Virus record (IMG/VR): IMGVR_UViG_3300032245_001746
Span: 124,001 to 188,000 of that record
DNA: 64,000 nt
Direction: 5' to 3' (one strand)
The notes beneath the pieces were generated by a model. The model saw nothing but the letters and a program-made list of their open reading frames with translations. It ran no database searches and was not told the origin of the DNA. Numbering within the stretch: position 1 is the first letter of the stretch; every line of letters begins with the position of its first letter. The translations under genes were made by a program, and so were the position numbers. Positions 48,977 through 57,980 of this stretch are shown piece after piece.

Positions 48977-49525
48977 ATGCATTTAATAAATCCCCAAATA
49001 AATACAAGAATTTGTCAGATAATAAAAGGTACAATATTAGGCGGCTCATCTTTGATTTATTCTAAAAATTCAAATTGTCCTTACTTATCAATGAGATCAA
49101 AAAATTATTCATGGCTTTATTACAAAGCTTCAGAATTATCTATATTATCATCTAATAAGTGTATAATTGAAGATAAAACAAATAGATGGCATTCAATGTG
49201 CTACCCAATTTTTAAAGAAATTCATAATATATTTTATTCAAATAAATTAAAATTACTTAAAAATAATGCGTTAGATGATTTGCATGATATAGCTTATATG
49301 ATTTGGTTTGGAGATTCTGGATCATTAAAAAATAACATTTTAAATTTAAATATTATGAATTGGAAACAGTCTTCTGATATTATTTGTAAATATTTCAAAG
49401 AAAGTGGATTTAATTTCACTTTAAATAAAAATTATAAATTAACTTTTGATGAAAAATCTTCTTTAAAAATAATGAACATAATTTCACCTCATTTTCCTTC
49501 ATTTTTTAAGTTGAAAAAAATTTGA
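48977..49525 (+). CDS. Degenerate LAGLIDADG-like protein
   Basis: QIIKGTILGGSS and IWFGDSGS resemble the two LAGLIDADG helices with acidic residues lost. Confidence 0.55.
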   Translation: MHLINPQINTRICQIIKGTILGGSSLIYSKNSNCPYLSMRSKNYSWLYYKASELSILSSNKCIIEDKTNRWHSMCYPIFKEIHNIFYSNKLKLLKNNALDDLHDIAYMIWFGDSGSLKNNILNLNIMNWKQSSDIICKYFKESGFNFTLNKNYKLTFDEKSSLKIMNIISPHFPSFFKLKKI

Positions 49526-49629
49526 AAAACTTCTTTACTTTATTGAAGTAATTACTAATATAAAATCGAACTTGAATCACAGTGATCTAGTTCAAAACTA
49601 TATTTTTTCAAAATAGTAAAGGAGATTTT

Positions 49630-50145
49630 ATGAGTAATGAATTAAAGCCGTTTTCTGCAAATCCGCTATTTTCAAATAGCGACATTTCTTTATTTAGAAA
49701 TGACATGTTTGATGTGTTCACAAATCATTTTAACAGTTATTTTGATAATTTGAGAACGCAGCTATCTTCTTCTGATTCTTTTGGAAAACTTTTATCCAAA
49801 TCATCTTATCCTAAAATGGATATTTTCAAAAGTGATGGTAAATTAACTATGAAAGCTGCTGTACCAGGAGTTAAGCCTGAAGATGTAAAGGTAGAAATTT
49901 CTTCTGATGGTATAGTTAAAGTTAGTGGATCTTCTTCTGAAGAAAATCATAAACAAGAAGGTGCATCTTATATTTCAAAAGAATTAAAAATGTCTCAATT
50001 TTCAAGATCTTTTCAGTTGCCTTCAAACTTAAAAGATCAAAATCCAGTTGCTGAAATTAAAGATGGAATTTTAACTTTAACTTGGGATCAAGTTGATGTT
50101 AAATCTAAAGAAAATGTTCGTGTTATTGAAGTTAAAAAAACTTAA
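49630..50145 (+). CDS. Small heat-shock protein (Hsp20)
   Basis: YPKMDI, VPGVKPEDV.V, FSRSFQLP, A.IKDGILTL. Confidence 0.93.
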   Translation: MSNELKPFSANPLFSNSDISLFRNDMFDVFTNHFNSYFDNLRTQLSSSDSFGKLLSKSSYPKMDIFKSDGKLTMKAAVPGVKPEDVKVEISSDGIVKVSGSSSEENHKQEGASYISKELKMSQFSRSFQLPSNLKDQNPVAEIKDGILTLTWDQVDVKSKENVRVIEVKKT

Positions 50146-50166
50146 ATAGATTAATGTTTGAATTTT

Positions 50167-50203
50167 GAAAATGCATGATGAAAATTTTTCATCATGCATT
50201 TTC
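50167..50203. terminator. Bidirectional terminator
   Basis: 18-bp arms GAAAATGCATGATGAAAA/TTTTCATCATGCATTTTC. Confidence 0.75.
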
Positions 50204-50548
50204 GTTATAATGAAATAAAATTTGATTAGCTATTTTTTTACTAGAATTGTTTTTTATTTTTAGCAACAAATTGTATAATTCTTTATAATTCTTTTTATCT
50301 AAGTATCTTAAACAAGCTGCTGTTAAAGATCCAATTGGAGACTTTTCTGTTATTCTACTACCAGTCATTACTTTAATTTTTTCAATTGATAATGGAAATT
50401 TAAATAAAAATAACTCCCCAGACAGATCTTGCATGTGCTGTGCAGAAATAGGATTTCGCAATATTTTTTGCATTAAACTTTCATCAGGAGAATCATACCA
50501 ATCTTCTGATTCCTCTTTGTAAAACCAAGATTTAAATGAAACAATCAT
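50192..50548 (-). CDS. Hypothetical protein with leader
   Basis: MIVSFKSWFYKEE. Confidence 0.7.
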   Translation of the reverse strand: MIVSFKSWFYKEESEDWYDSPDESLMQKILRNPISAQHMQDLSGELFLFKFPLSIEKIKVMTGSRITEKSPIGSLTAACLRYLDKKNYKELYNLLLKIKNNSSKKIANQILFHYNENA

Positions 50549-50592
50549 AGTTTTTTATATATTGTTTTAATATATAAAAAACTATGATTGTT
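50540..50592. repeat. Perfect 24-bp inverted repeat covering both start codons of a divergent gene pair
   Basis: AACAATCATAGTTTTTTATATATT-GTTTT-AATATATAAAAAACTATGATTGTT. Confidence 0.9.
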
Positions 50593-51600
50593 CTTGATTT
50601 TAAATTATTTATAGAAAACGAAAAAATGGAAAATATACCTAAAGGAAAACTTTTTGGTTTAGACGCGAAACGTGTATCTACTCAAGAATTAGAATTGGTG
50701 GTACAAGAATTAAGAAAATTAATTGGAAGTAATTTTTCTTATTTTGAAAGAGTTGATTCGTTAAAAGAAAAACATGATCATGGAGATATAGATATTTTGG
50801 TAATTCCTCCATTGAATATTAAACAATTATTAAATGATTCAATTCCCGAAAAAGTTTTAAAATTTTCTAAAAATGATTGCGTAAATTCATTTTTGTTTCA
50901 ATCTGAATATGTGAACAAAAATGTTCATGTTGATTTAATAACTTGTGAAAATAAAGAAAAATTACAATCTAAGAAATATTATTATGGATTAAACGATTTT
51001 TCAGCTTTGGTTGGAGTTTTATCTAAAAAATTAAACTTTAAATATGGAACTGAAGGGTTTTTCAAAAGGTTTAAAGATAAAAAAGGAAATTGGCATGATG
51101 TTTTTATTACTTTTAATTTATTAAAAGGACTAGAAATATTGGGATTTGATATATCTTTATATAATAAAATTAAAAATTATAATGATATAGCAGAATTTGT
51201 GCTTACAAGTCCATTGTTTGATTATAGATTTTTTACACAAGATGCTTTATTAGCTAGAGATAGAGTCTCACTTGGAAGGCGTCCTAATTTAGAACAAATG
51301 ATTAATTTTGTAATTAAATCAAATAAAACCGCAACTATTACTGATGAAGATCATTTCTTTAAGAAATTAATGCCAGAACAATATAAAAAATGTCAAGAAG
51401 AAATGAAAGAAATAAATAATAAAACTTATGAAATTGCAAATAAATACAATGGATCTTGGTTAATGTTAAATTTTGGCTTAAAGCCAGGTCCAGATGTCGG
51501 CAAAATCTTGAAATTAATGAATGATAAATTTAAAGAAAATTTACCAAATGCTGATGAGCAAGAAGTAGTTAATTTCGTAAAATTAAATTTAAACAAATAA
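50584..51600 (+). CDS. Pol-beta-family nucleotidyltransferase with leader
   Basis: HGDIDIL and VHVDLI catalytic Asp residues; C-terminal NG..LM..GLKPGPDVGKIL as in CCA/poly(A) polymerase tails. Confidence 0.75.
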   Translation: MIVLDFKLFIENEKMENIPKGKLFGLDAKRVSTQELELVVQELRKLIGSNFSYFERVDSLKEKHDHGDIDILVIPPLNIKQLLNDSIPEKVLKFSKNDCVNSFLFQSEYVNKNVHVDLITCENKEKLQSKKYYYGLNDFSALVGVLSKKLNFKYGTEGFFKRFKDKKGNWHDVFITFNLLKGLEILGFDISLYNKIKNYNDIAEFVLTSPLFDYRFFTQDALLARDRVSLGRRPNLEQMINFVIKSNKTATITDEDHFFKKLMPEQYKKCQEEMKEINNKTYEIANKYNGSWLMLNFGLKPGPDVGKILKLMNDKFKENLPNADEQEVVNFVKLNLNK

Positions 51601-51627
51601 TTATTTTAATAAAGGATATAATTATAC

Positions 51628-51984
51628 ATGAAAAGTTTTTCAAAATGGGTTAAAGACAATTTTAATGAATCTATAAATGATTTATCTTATTCTGATGATA
51701 AGAGAGTGAACCAAAGAAGTGTTGATTTCACAAATGATGATAATTCGGATCATTATGCTAAAGATATTAATTTAGCAAAAGAAATTATAAAAGATTTAAA
51801 ATATCAAATAATTGATGTTAATGAAGCTACTTCTAAATTAATTAATGCAGTTAAAAATTCTATTAACCCATCAGTGGTTTATTCAAACATAGTAGATGAT
51901 TTGAGGTTTGAATATAAAGAAATTTTAAGAACTATAGCACTTAATGTTCCTTCTGTAAGAAACATTTGGGCAAATGTTTCTTAA
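51628..51984 (+). CDS. Hypothetical protein with leader
   Basis: MKSFSKW....FNE. Confidence 0.7.
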   Translation: MKSFSKWVKDNFNESINDLSYSDDKRVNQRSVDFTNDDNSDHYAKDINLAKEIIKDLKYQIIDVNEATSKLINAVKNSINPSVVYSNIVDDLRFEYKEILRTIALNVPSVRNIWANVS

Positions 51985-52017
51985 TATTTTATTCCACTAT
52001 CAATTTATGGTACATAA

Positions 52018-54153
52018 ATGAAATTGCTTTTTTTCAAAGAATGGTTTAATTTATATGAAGGTAAATTCGAAGATCAATCTTTATCAATATTGAATAAAGA
52101 TGAAGAGTTGTTTAATTTATTAGCTTCAAAAGCACCAGAACCTAAATATTTACCAATTATTTCTTATTTTTATAAACAATCAGGCAATTTAAATGTTTTG
52201 AAAGATTTAATAAATAAATATAAAGAATTTGTTGATAAGAAAAAGCTGTCAATGATTCAAATAACAAACAAAGGAGCTTTTTTAAATAATCAAGAAATTA
52301 ATTATGTTAAATTTGCTGAAATTATACACGCCGCAGAATCAAATAATCGAATTGTTAAAACAAACATAGATACAAACGCATCTGGATTGAAACCTATTTT
52401 TACTATTAAAGATAAAATAGAAATTTATAAAGCTAAAGATTCTAGAGAATGTGTCCTTTTAGGAAAAGGATATACCTTCTGTATAAGTAATCCTAATGCC
52501 GGTCTAAATATGTGGAATACATATAGAAATTCATATGAATCAACTTTTTACTTTGTTTTTGAAAAAACAAGAAGACAAGATGATCCATTAAGAATTGTTG
52601 TTGTAGATGCTCGAAGAGATGGCGATTTTGCACTTACTGATGCTAATAATAAAACTGGAACAATTAGTGAATTTAACCATTTTGATGAGTATTTTGGATA
52701 TCTTAATTCTGTTTATAAAATAAATTCTGATTCTTTATTTATCAATGAGCCACTAACACAGCAAGAAAGAAAAGATAATGCAATAGTAGATCAAAAAATA
52801 ATGACATTAGATAATTTTAAAAAATTGACATTATCACAAAAAGAAAAATATATTGGGAATGGACACGAACTCACCAATGAACAATTTAATTACATTTTTG
52901 ATAACAATATGGTTAATTTTATTATTCAATATATAAACACTGGAATTAAATTGGATAATGATCAATTAAAAAAAATATTTAAAAATCCATCTTATAAAAA
53001 AACTTATTTAAGACAAAGACTTGAAGTTCAAAGACATCTCCATAGACCAGATATTGGAAGATTTGAATATTTAAATTTGGATGATAATTCTAAAAGACAA
53101 ATTGATTTAAACAAAGTTGATAAAAAACAATGGTTTTTAGAAGCTGCGTATTTGGGAGATGAAGAGTATGTTTCGAATACAATTCAAAACTTAAAAGGAA
53201 ATCCTGATGACGATGGCACATTAACATCAGCATATTTGGAAGCTGTAAAATCTAAAAATTTAAATATTGTTAAAATGATAGATGAAAAATTTGATAAATC
53301 TCATGCATTAAGTAAAACTGCCATTGGATGGATATTTGATGATATTACAAAATATAGTACAATTGAAATTTTAGATTATTTTGTTAAAAAATATCATAAA
53401 CATTATAATATTGGATTTGGATTTCAAAACGTTGCAAAAAGAAATGAAGTTGCAATGGTTAAATATTTTATTGATAATTTTGAAATGAAAGATTATGAAT
53501 ATAGTTTAGCATTATATTCATCTGTTAAAAATAATGCTATTGATTCTTTAAATATTATTTTAGACAGCCCAGAATTAGAAAACGAACATACTGTATTAAA
53601 CACCGCTATGAGTATAGCTGCAGAACATGGAAATCTTAAAGTTGCAAAATTAATTTTAGACAAACATAAAATTAATTTTTATGATGCAACTTTAAATGCA
53701 ATAGAACATAAACAATATCAATTTTTAGAATTTATCTTTAAAGCCAGAAAAGATTTTCCTGAAAAATGGCTAGTGGATTTTTTGAAAACTGCAATTAAAG
53801 CTAAAAGCTTACCAATTTTCAAATTGATATTAAGCCAATCATCTGATTCTGAAAAACTACTTAGAAATAATTTGTTAGATTATATTGAAAATTATAAAGA
53901 AGATAATGATGAATTATATAACTTCATTAAAAAGAAAGATTTTGAATTTTATTTTAATTCAGGAATTAATTTAGCAAAATCTTCTGACATAAATTCAAAA
54001 TCAAAAAATGAAATTAAATATTTTTTTAATATGATTAGAGATAATGGAATTAAAGATTTTTCAGAAATTAAAAAGGCTGCAAAAGAAGCTGGAAATATCC
54101 ATACATATAATGTTTTAAATGATATTCCATTTTTGAGAAGTAATTATGAATAA
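52018..54153 (+). CDS. Large protein with leader, possible PcfJ/GNAT-like domain and ankyrin-like repeats
   Basis: MKLLFFKEW..LYE; LG.G..FCIS..W..Y..FYF; repeats such as AAEHGNLKVAKLIL and AVKSKNLNIVK. Confidence 0.6.
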   Translation: MKLLFFKEWFNLYEGKFEDQSLSILNKDEELFNLLASKAPEPKYLPIISYFYKQSGNLNVLKDLINKYKEFVDKKKLSMIQITNKGAFLNNQEINYVKFAEIIHAAESNNRIVKTNIDTNASGLKPIFTIKDKIEIYKAKDSRECVLLGKGYTFCISNPNAGLNMWNTYRNSYESTFYFVFEKTRRQDDPLRIVVVDARRDGDFALTDANNKTGTISEFNHFDEYFGYLNSVYKINSDSLFINEPLTQQERKDNAIVDQKIMTLDNFKKLTLSQKEKYIGNGHELTNEQFNYIFDNNMVNFIIQYINTGIKLDNDQLKKIFKNPSYKKTYLRQRLEVQRHLHRPDIGRFEYLNLDDNSKRQIDLNKVDKKQWFLEAAYLGDEEYVSNTIQNLKGNPDDDGTLTSAYLEAVKSKNLNIVKMIDEKFDKSHALSKTAIGWIFDDITKYSTIEILDYFVKKYHKHYNIGFGFQNVAKRNEVAMVKYFIDNFEMKDYEYSLALYSSVKNNAIDSLNIILDSPELENEHTVLNTAMSIAAEHGNLKVAKLILDKHKINFYDATLNAIEHKQYQFLEFIFKARKDFPEKWLVDFLKTAIKAKSLPIFKLILSQSSDSEKLLRNNLLDYIENYKEDNDELYNFIKKKDFEFYFNSGINLAKSSDINSKSKNEIKYFFNMIRDNGIKDFSEIKKAAKEAGNIHTYNVLNDIPFLRSNYE

Positions 54154-54672
54154 TTAGCAAACAGATTTACAAAAATCATACATTACTATTCCACTAGCAG
54201 TGCCAACATTAAGTGAACGAACAGATCCATATTGTTTTATGTAAAGAAATTCATGACATATTGCTTTCAATTCATCTGTTAATCCAACATTTTCTTCTCC
54301 AAACACAAACAAAATATGTTTGTCACTTGGATAAACATATTTTTCTATTGGTTTTGATTCTTGAATGTTATCAATTCCTATTATATAATAATTTTCTGGA
54401 AAAATAAGTTGTTCAACTTCTTTTACATGCTTTATGTTTTCGTAATTATACGTTCCAACAGTTCCTCTTTTATCATATTGCCTGTGCCCATAGATTATCA
54501 CTTCTTTTGCTAAGAATGCATTAGAATTTCTTATGACGACACCTAAATTAAAATCCCTTATTACGTTTTGAACTAATACCGAGAAGTTATTTCTTTTTTG
54601 ATCTAAATTGGTTTTTATTGCTTCTATATCCCAGTATTTGTAATAATCTATTACATTTCTATTGTCAGTCAT
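54154..54672 (-). CDS. SpoU/TrmH RNA methyltransferase
   Basis: NLG..IR...AF, VFGEE..GL, I.QYG...SLNV..A. Confidence 0.9.
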   Translation of the reverse strand: MTDNRNVIDYYKYWDIEAIKTNLDQKRNNFSVLVQNVIRDFNLGVVIRNSNAFLAKEVIIYGHRQYDKRGTVGTYNYENIKHVKEVEQLIFPENYYIIGIDNIQESKPIEKYVYPSDKHILFVFGEENVGLTDELKAICHEFLYIKQYGSVRSLNVGTASGIVMYDFCKSVC

Positions 54673-55423
54673 TGACTAAACTTTCATTTTTTGGAAATAT
54701 CAATTTTAATTCACCACTATAATCTTCAATTATTGCAGAACAGGATTCAACCCAATCTCCACAATTGTAATAATTTATTTCATCTATTTTTTTAATTACT
54801 GGTGTGTGTATATGACCACATATTATTCCAGAACACTCTTTGTTTAAAGTATATTGGACAACAGATTGTTCAAAGTCATTCACAAAATTTACTGCTTTTT
54901 TTACACTTTGTTTTAATTTTGAACTTAATGAATAATATTCATATCCAAACAATTTTCTTATTTTGTTGAAAAGTAAATTTGTCCACATTGCAAATGAATA
55001 TGCTTTGTCTCCTAGATAATACAACCACTTGGATTTAACAGTGATATTATCAAATATATCTCCATGAATAATAAGTAATTTTTCTTTATTTAAAGTCTCA
55101 TAAACATATTCATTTAATATTTCTACATTTCCAAAGTTAACTCCAGAATATTTTCTCATAAATTCATCATGGTTTCCAGTTATGTAATAAACCTTGGTTC
55201 CATGTTTAATCATTCCTAATATTCTTTTGAATATCATTGTATATTCATCAGTCCAATATATTTTGTTTTTCATTTTCCAACCATCAATTATATCTCCAAC
55301 TAAAAATAAATTTTCTGGTTCAACAGATTTGAGAAAATTTAAAAGATGATCTGATTTTGCATGACTACATCCTAAATGGGAATCTGATATAAATAAAGAT
55401 TTAACTTTTAATCGGTTTTTCAT
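54665..55423 (-). CDS. LpxH-like metallophosphoesterase
   Basis: ISDSHLG, LVGDIIDGW, GNHD, HGD.FD, CGHIH, NCGDWVE. Confidence 0.88.
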   Translation of the reverse strand: MKNRLKVKSLFISDSHLGCSHAKSDHLLNFLKSVEPENLFLVGDIIDGWKMKNKIYWTDEYTMIFKRILGMIKHGTKVYYITGNHDEFMRKYSGVNFGNVEILNEYVYETLNKEKLLIIHGDIFDNITVKSKWLYYLGDKAYSFAMWTNLLFNKIRKLFGYEYYSLSSKLKQSVKKAVNFVNDFEQSVVQYTLNKECSGIICGHIHTPVIKKIDEINYYNCGDWVESCSAIIEDYSGELKLIFPKNESLVND

Positions 55424-56487
55424 TAATTCTCCAATAAATAACTATTTATTAAAGTAACAGCTTGATCTGCCCCGTTAATTTTTGATGAATTTTTAGTTTT
55501 AAATTCATTTAAAAAATCTTGAATTAATTCAAAATTTAGATCTTTTAAATAACAAAAAGTGCCAGCATTCATTTTTTGAATAAAAAATGCATTAATATAT
55601 TGCTCTGCTTGATTGTGTTCTGGAATTGTAAATATTGGTTTTCCACAATAAATTCCTTCTCCTATAAGCTGATTGCCAGATGCACAAAATAAATAAGAAC
55701 AATTAGCCAAATCATTTAAGAAATTATAATTTGATATATCATTATATTCAATATTTGAATACATTCTTTTTTCTTTTGGACATCCATATACTTTGATTTT
55801 ATATTTTGATGATATCTTATTTAATTGTTCTAAAATCTGATCACCACTAGATTTTTTATAATACACTAAAATAAAATTATTATCTTTAATTTCCATCTTT
55901 TCTAAAGAAGATCTTATAAAACAATTTGCTAAAAAAGTTGATTTTGATTTCTTTTTTATTTTAGAATGATAAAAAGTTGAAATAAGAATTCCACTTGGAT
56001 TTGGAACTAATAATTCTGTATACAATCCCATTATCCAAGAATAAAATTTTAATTTTAAACTCAAATCTTCTGTATAACATCTACTAAATTTATGTTGATT
56101 ATCAATACTTAAATATTTAATATTTAGTTTTTTTGCAATCCTTGGAAGAATCGGTTCAAAATCAGAAATTATTAAATCCGGATTTAGATCTATAATAATA
56201 TTTTTAATATCATTAAAGCTTTTTTTATATTTTTTTATAAAGTGAAAAAAATTATTAATAGTTTTAGGAATACTGATGGTTCCAGATTTACTTCTTCCAA
56301 ATGGTAATTCTGCTTCTATTTTATAAAGATGAGGATAATTTTGTTCTTTAAAAAAATTGTAAGCCTCACCCCAAGTGAATATATGAACTTTAATTGAAGG
56401 ATCTAGTTTTTCCAAAACAGAATAAGTTCTTGTCGCGTGACCTAAACCCTCGCCAGGTAAACTATAACATATTGTTTTTTCAATCAT
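55423..56487 (-). CDS. Glycosyltransferase (MJ1255-like, GT-B)
   Basis: GEGLGHATR, ISDFEP, IDNQH, G.QL..E....KP...P...EQ..NA. Confidence 0.85.
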   Translation of the reverse strand: MIEKTICYSLPGEGLGHATRTYSVLEKLDPSIKVHIFTWGEAYNFFKEQNYPHLYKIEAELPFGRSKSGTISIPKTINNFFHFIKKYKKSFNDIKNIIIDLNPDLIISDFEPILPRIAKKLNIKYLSIDNQHKFSRCYTEDLSLKLKFYSWIMGLYTELLVPNPSGILISTFYHSKIKKKSKSTFLANCFIRSSLEKMEIKDNNFILVYYKKSSGDQILEQLNKISSKYKIKVYGCPKEKRMYSNIEYNDISNYNFLNDLANCSYLFCASGNQLIGEGIYCGKPIFTIPEHNQAEQYINAFFIQKMNAGTFCYLKDLNFELIQDFLNEFKTKNSSKINGADQAVTLINSYLLEN

Positions 56488-56489
56488 TT

Positions 56490-56801
56490 TTAAACTTTCT
56501 TAACAGTAAATACAAATTGTGCTGGATAATCTGAATGTGACTCATAATATGCTGGCTTTTGATAAGTGACTTTCCATCCACTTTCTTCATAAAATGGTTC
56601 TATATCAAGATATTTGTTTTTATACACATCATCTTCACTTATGTTCATAACTTTTTTTATCTCGCAAACAACTTTATCTTGATAAACAATAGATTTATTA
56701 TTGTTAAAATTTTTAGCAATTTCTTTATTGAAAATTTCAATTATTCTTTCATCAATAAATTTATTTTCAATAACTTCTTTTGGAGTAATTGGTTTAATCA
56801 T
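56490..56801 (-). CDS. Hypothetical phage protein
   Basis: KPITP, LDIE..Y...GWKV.Y.KP.Y.E pattern. Confidence 0.7.
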   Translation of the reverse strand: MIKPITPKEVIENKFIDERIIEIFNKEIAKNFNNNKSIVYQDKVVCEIKKVMNISEDDVYKNKYLDIEPFYEESGWKVTYQKPAYYESHSDYPAQFVFTVKKV

Positions 56802-57804
56802 GACTAATCAATTCTAACTTTTCAAAAGGACAATTTTTTGTTGTTTGATAATATTTAATTCTACCGTCTAAAGTTTGAACTAAATACTTGCTATTTATTC
56901 GAACTTTCCAAATATCTCTTTTTTCAGATGAAGAAAGATCTGATGCCAACCCTTCAACATGATTGAAATCGTTTGCTAAAAATATATTTGCTGGTAATTC
57001 TTTAGTGTTTAAATAAAAATTTCTATCTTGTTTAGGTCTAGCTGTATAAAGAGTAAGTGTTTTTGATTTCGATGCCGTTGGATTTCTAAGCTTTTCAATT
57101 AAACTAAAATAATCAGATTGAATTTTTGCATCTTTGAAAAAATCTTCATCGCCACCTTCCAATATATCATCTATTTCTATTTCGTTATTTTTAATAAAAA
57201 TTGTAAAACTTGTATTCCTAGAACGATCTAAAATAATTTCTGCTGTAGTTGATGCATCTAAACTTAAAGAATTAAATTCATTTTTCCCAAGATATGGTCT
57301 TATAATTATCTCAGACAAATTCCAATTTTCTATTAAATTTATAGCATTTATTATTTTTGTCTTTAATGCTTCCATTATTAATTTTGTTTCATTCATTGCT
57401 AATGCAGCTTTATTTTTTGCTTCTGTAAGCTCATTTTCTAATCCAGAACTTGTAGATAAAGTATCCATGTAAACAAATATTTGGTTGCTTATTTCACGCA
57501 ATTTGCTTGATATTTTATAATCTTGAGATAAGATCCAATCTCTCAATTGTTTTTGTTGATCAAAAATATAATTTATATTTTTAGATTTTATACTATTTAA
57601 TAAATTGTTTAATTTTGGATAATTAAACAATTTAGAATTTATTGTATTAATGAAATTTTCAAAATTAAAATTTTTAATTTTTTCATAATAATCTTCTATG
57701 CGATTTAAATATTCTTCTAAAGCTTGATTGATAGAAGTCTCATATTGTTTGTAATCAATGATTATTTTATTATCAAACGATTCTATCCAAATTTTAAAAT
57801 TCAT
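56794..57804 (-). CDS. Protein with leader and putative C-terminal ADP-ribosyltransferase-like domain
   Basis: MNFKIWIE; TLYTAR...IFLAND....A...IWKVRI spacing. Confidence 0.4.
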   Translation of the reverse strand: MNFKIWIESFDNKIIIDYKQYETSINQALEEYLNRIEDYYEKIKNFNFENFINTINSKLFNYPKLNNLLNSIKSKNINYIFDQQKQLRDWILSQDYKISSKLREISNQIFVYMDTLSTSSGLENELTEAKNKAALAMNETKLIMEALKTKIINAINLIENWNLSEIIIRPYLGKNEFNSLSLDASTTAEIILDRSRNTSFTIFIKNNEIEIDDILEGGDEDFFKDAKIQSDYFSLIEKLRNPTASKSKTLTLYTARPKQDRNFYLNTKELPANIFLANDFNHVEGLASDLSSSEKRDIWKVRINSKYLVQTLDGRIKYYQTTKNCPFEKLELISHD

Positions 57805-57805
57805 T

Positions 57806-57952
57806 TTAATCTCTACATGTTAAATTAATTAAAACATAAGGACCTGTTAATAAACATTTCATAACATGAAACGGTGTTATCTCAATTTTATTGAAAATAC
57901 TATATAATATTGAAAAAAGTCCAATTATTATCCATAAAATAAAAATTTCCAT
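57806..57952 (-). CDS. 48-aa membrane protein (below ORF-track cutoff)
   Basis: AAGGAGG RBS; MEIFILWIIIGLFSILYSIF. Confidence 0.65.
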   Translation of the reverse strand: MEIFILWIIIGLFSILYSIFNKIEITPFHVMKCLLTGPYVLINLTCRD

Positions 57953-57980
57953 AAAAACCTCCTTGGTTTTATTTTTACTT

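Noticed and set aside
48977-49525. Active LAGLIDADG endonuclease or intron
   Set aside because: Catalytic acidic positions look substituted, and no split host gene or intron structure is evident.
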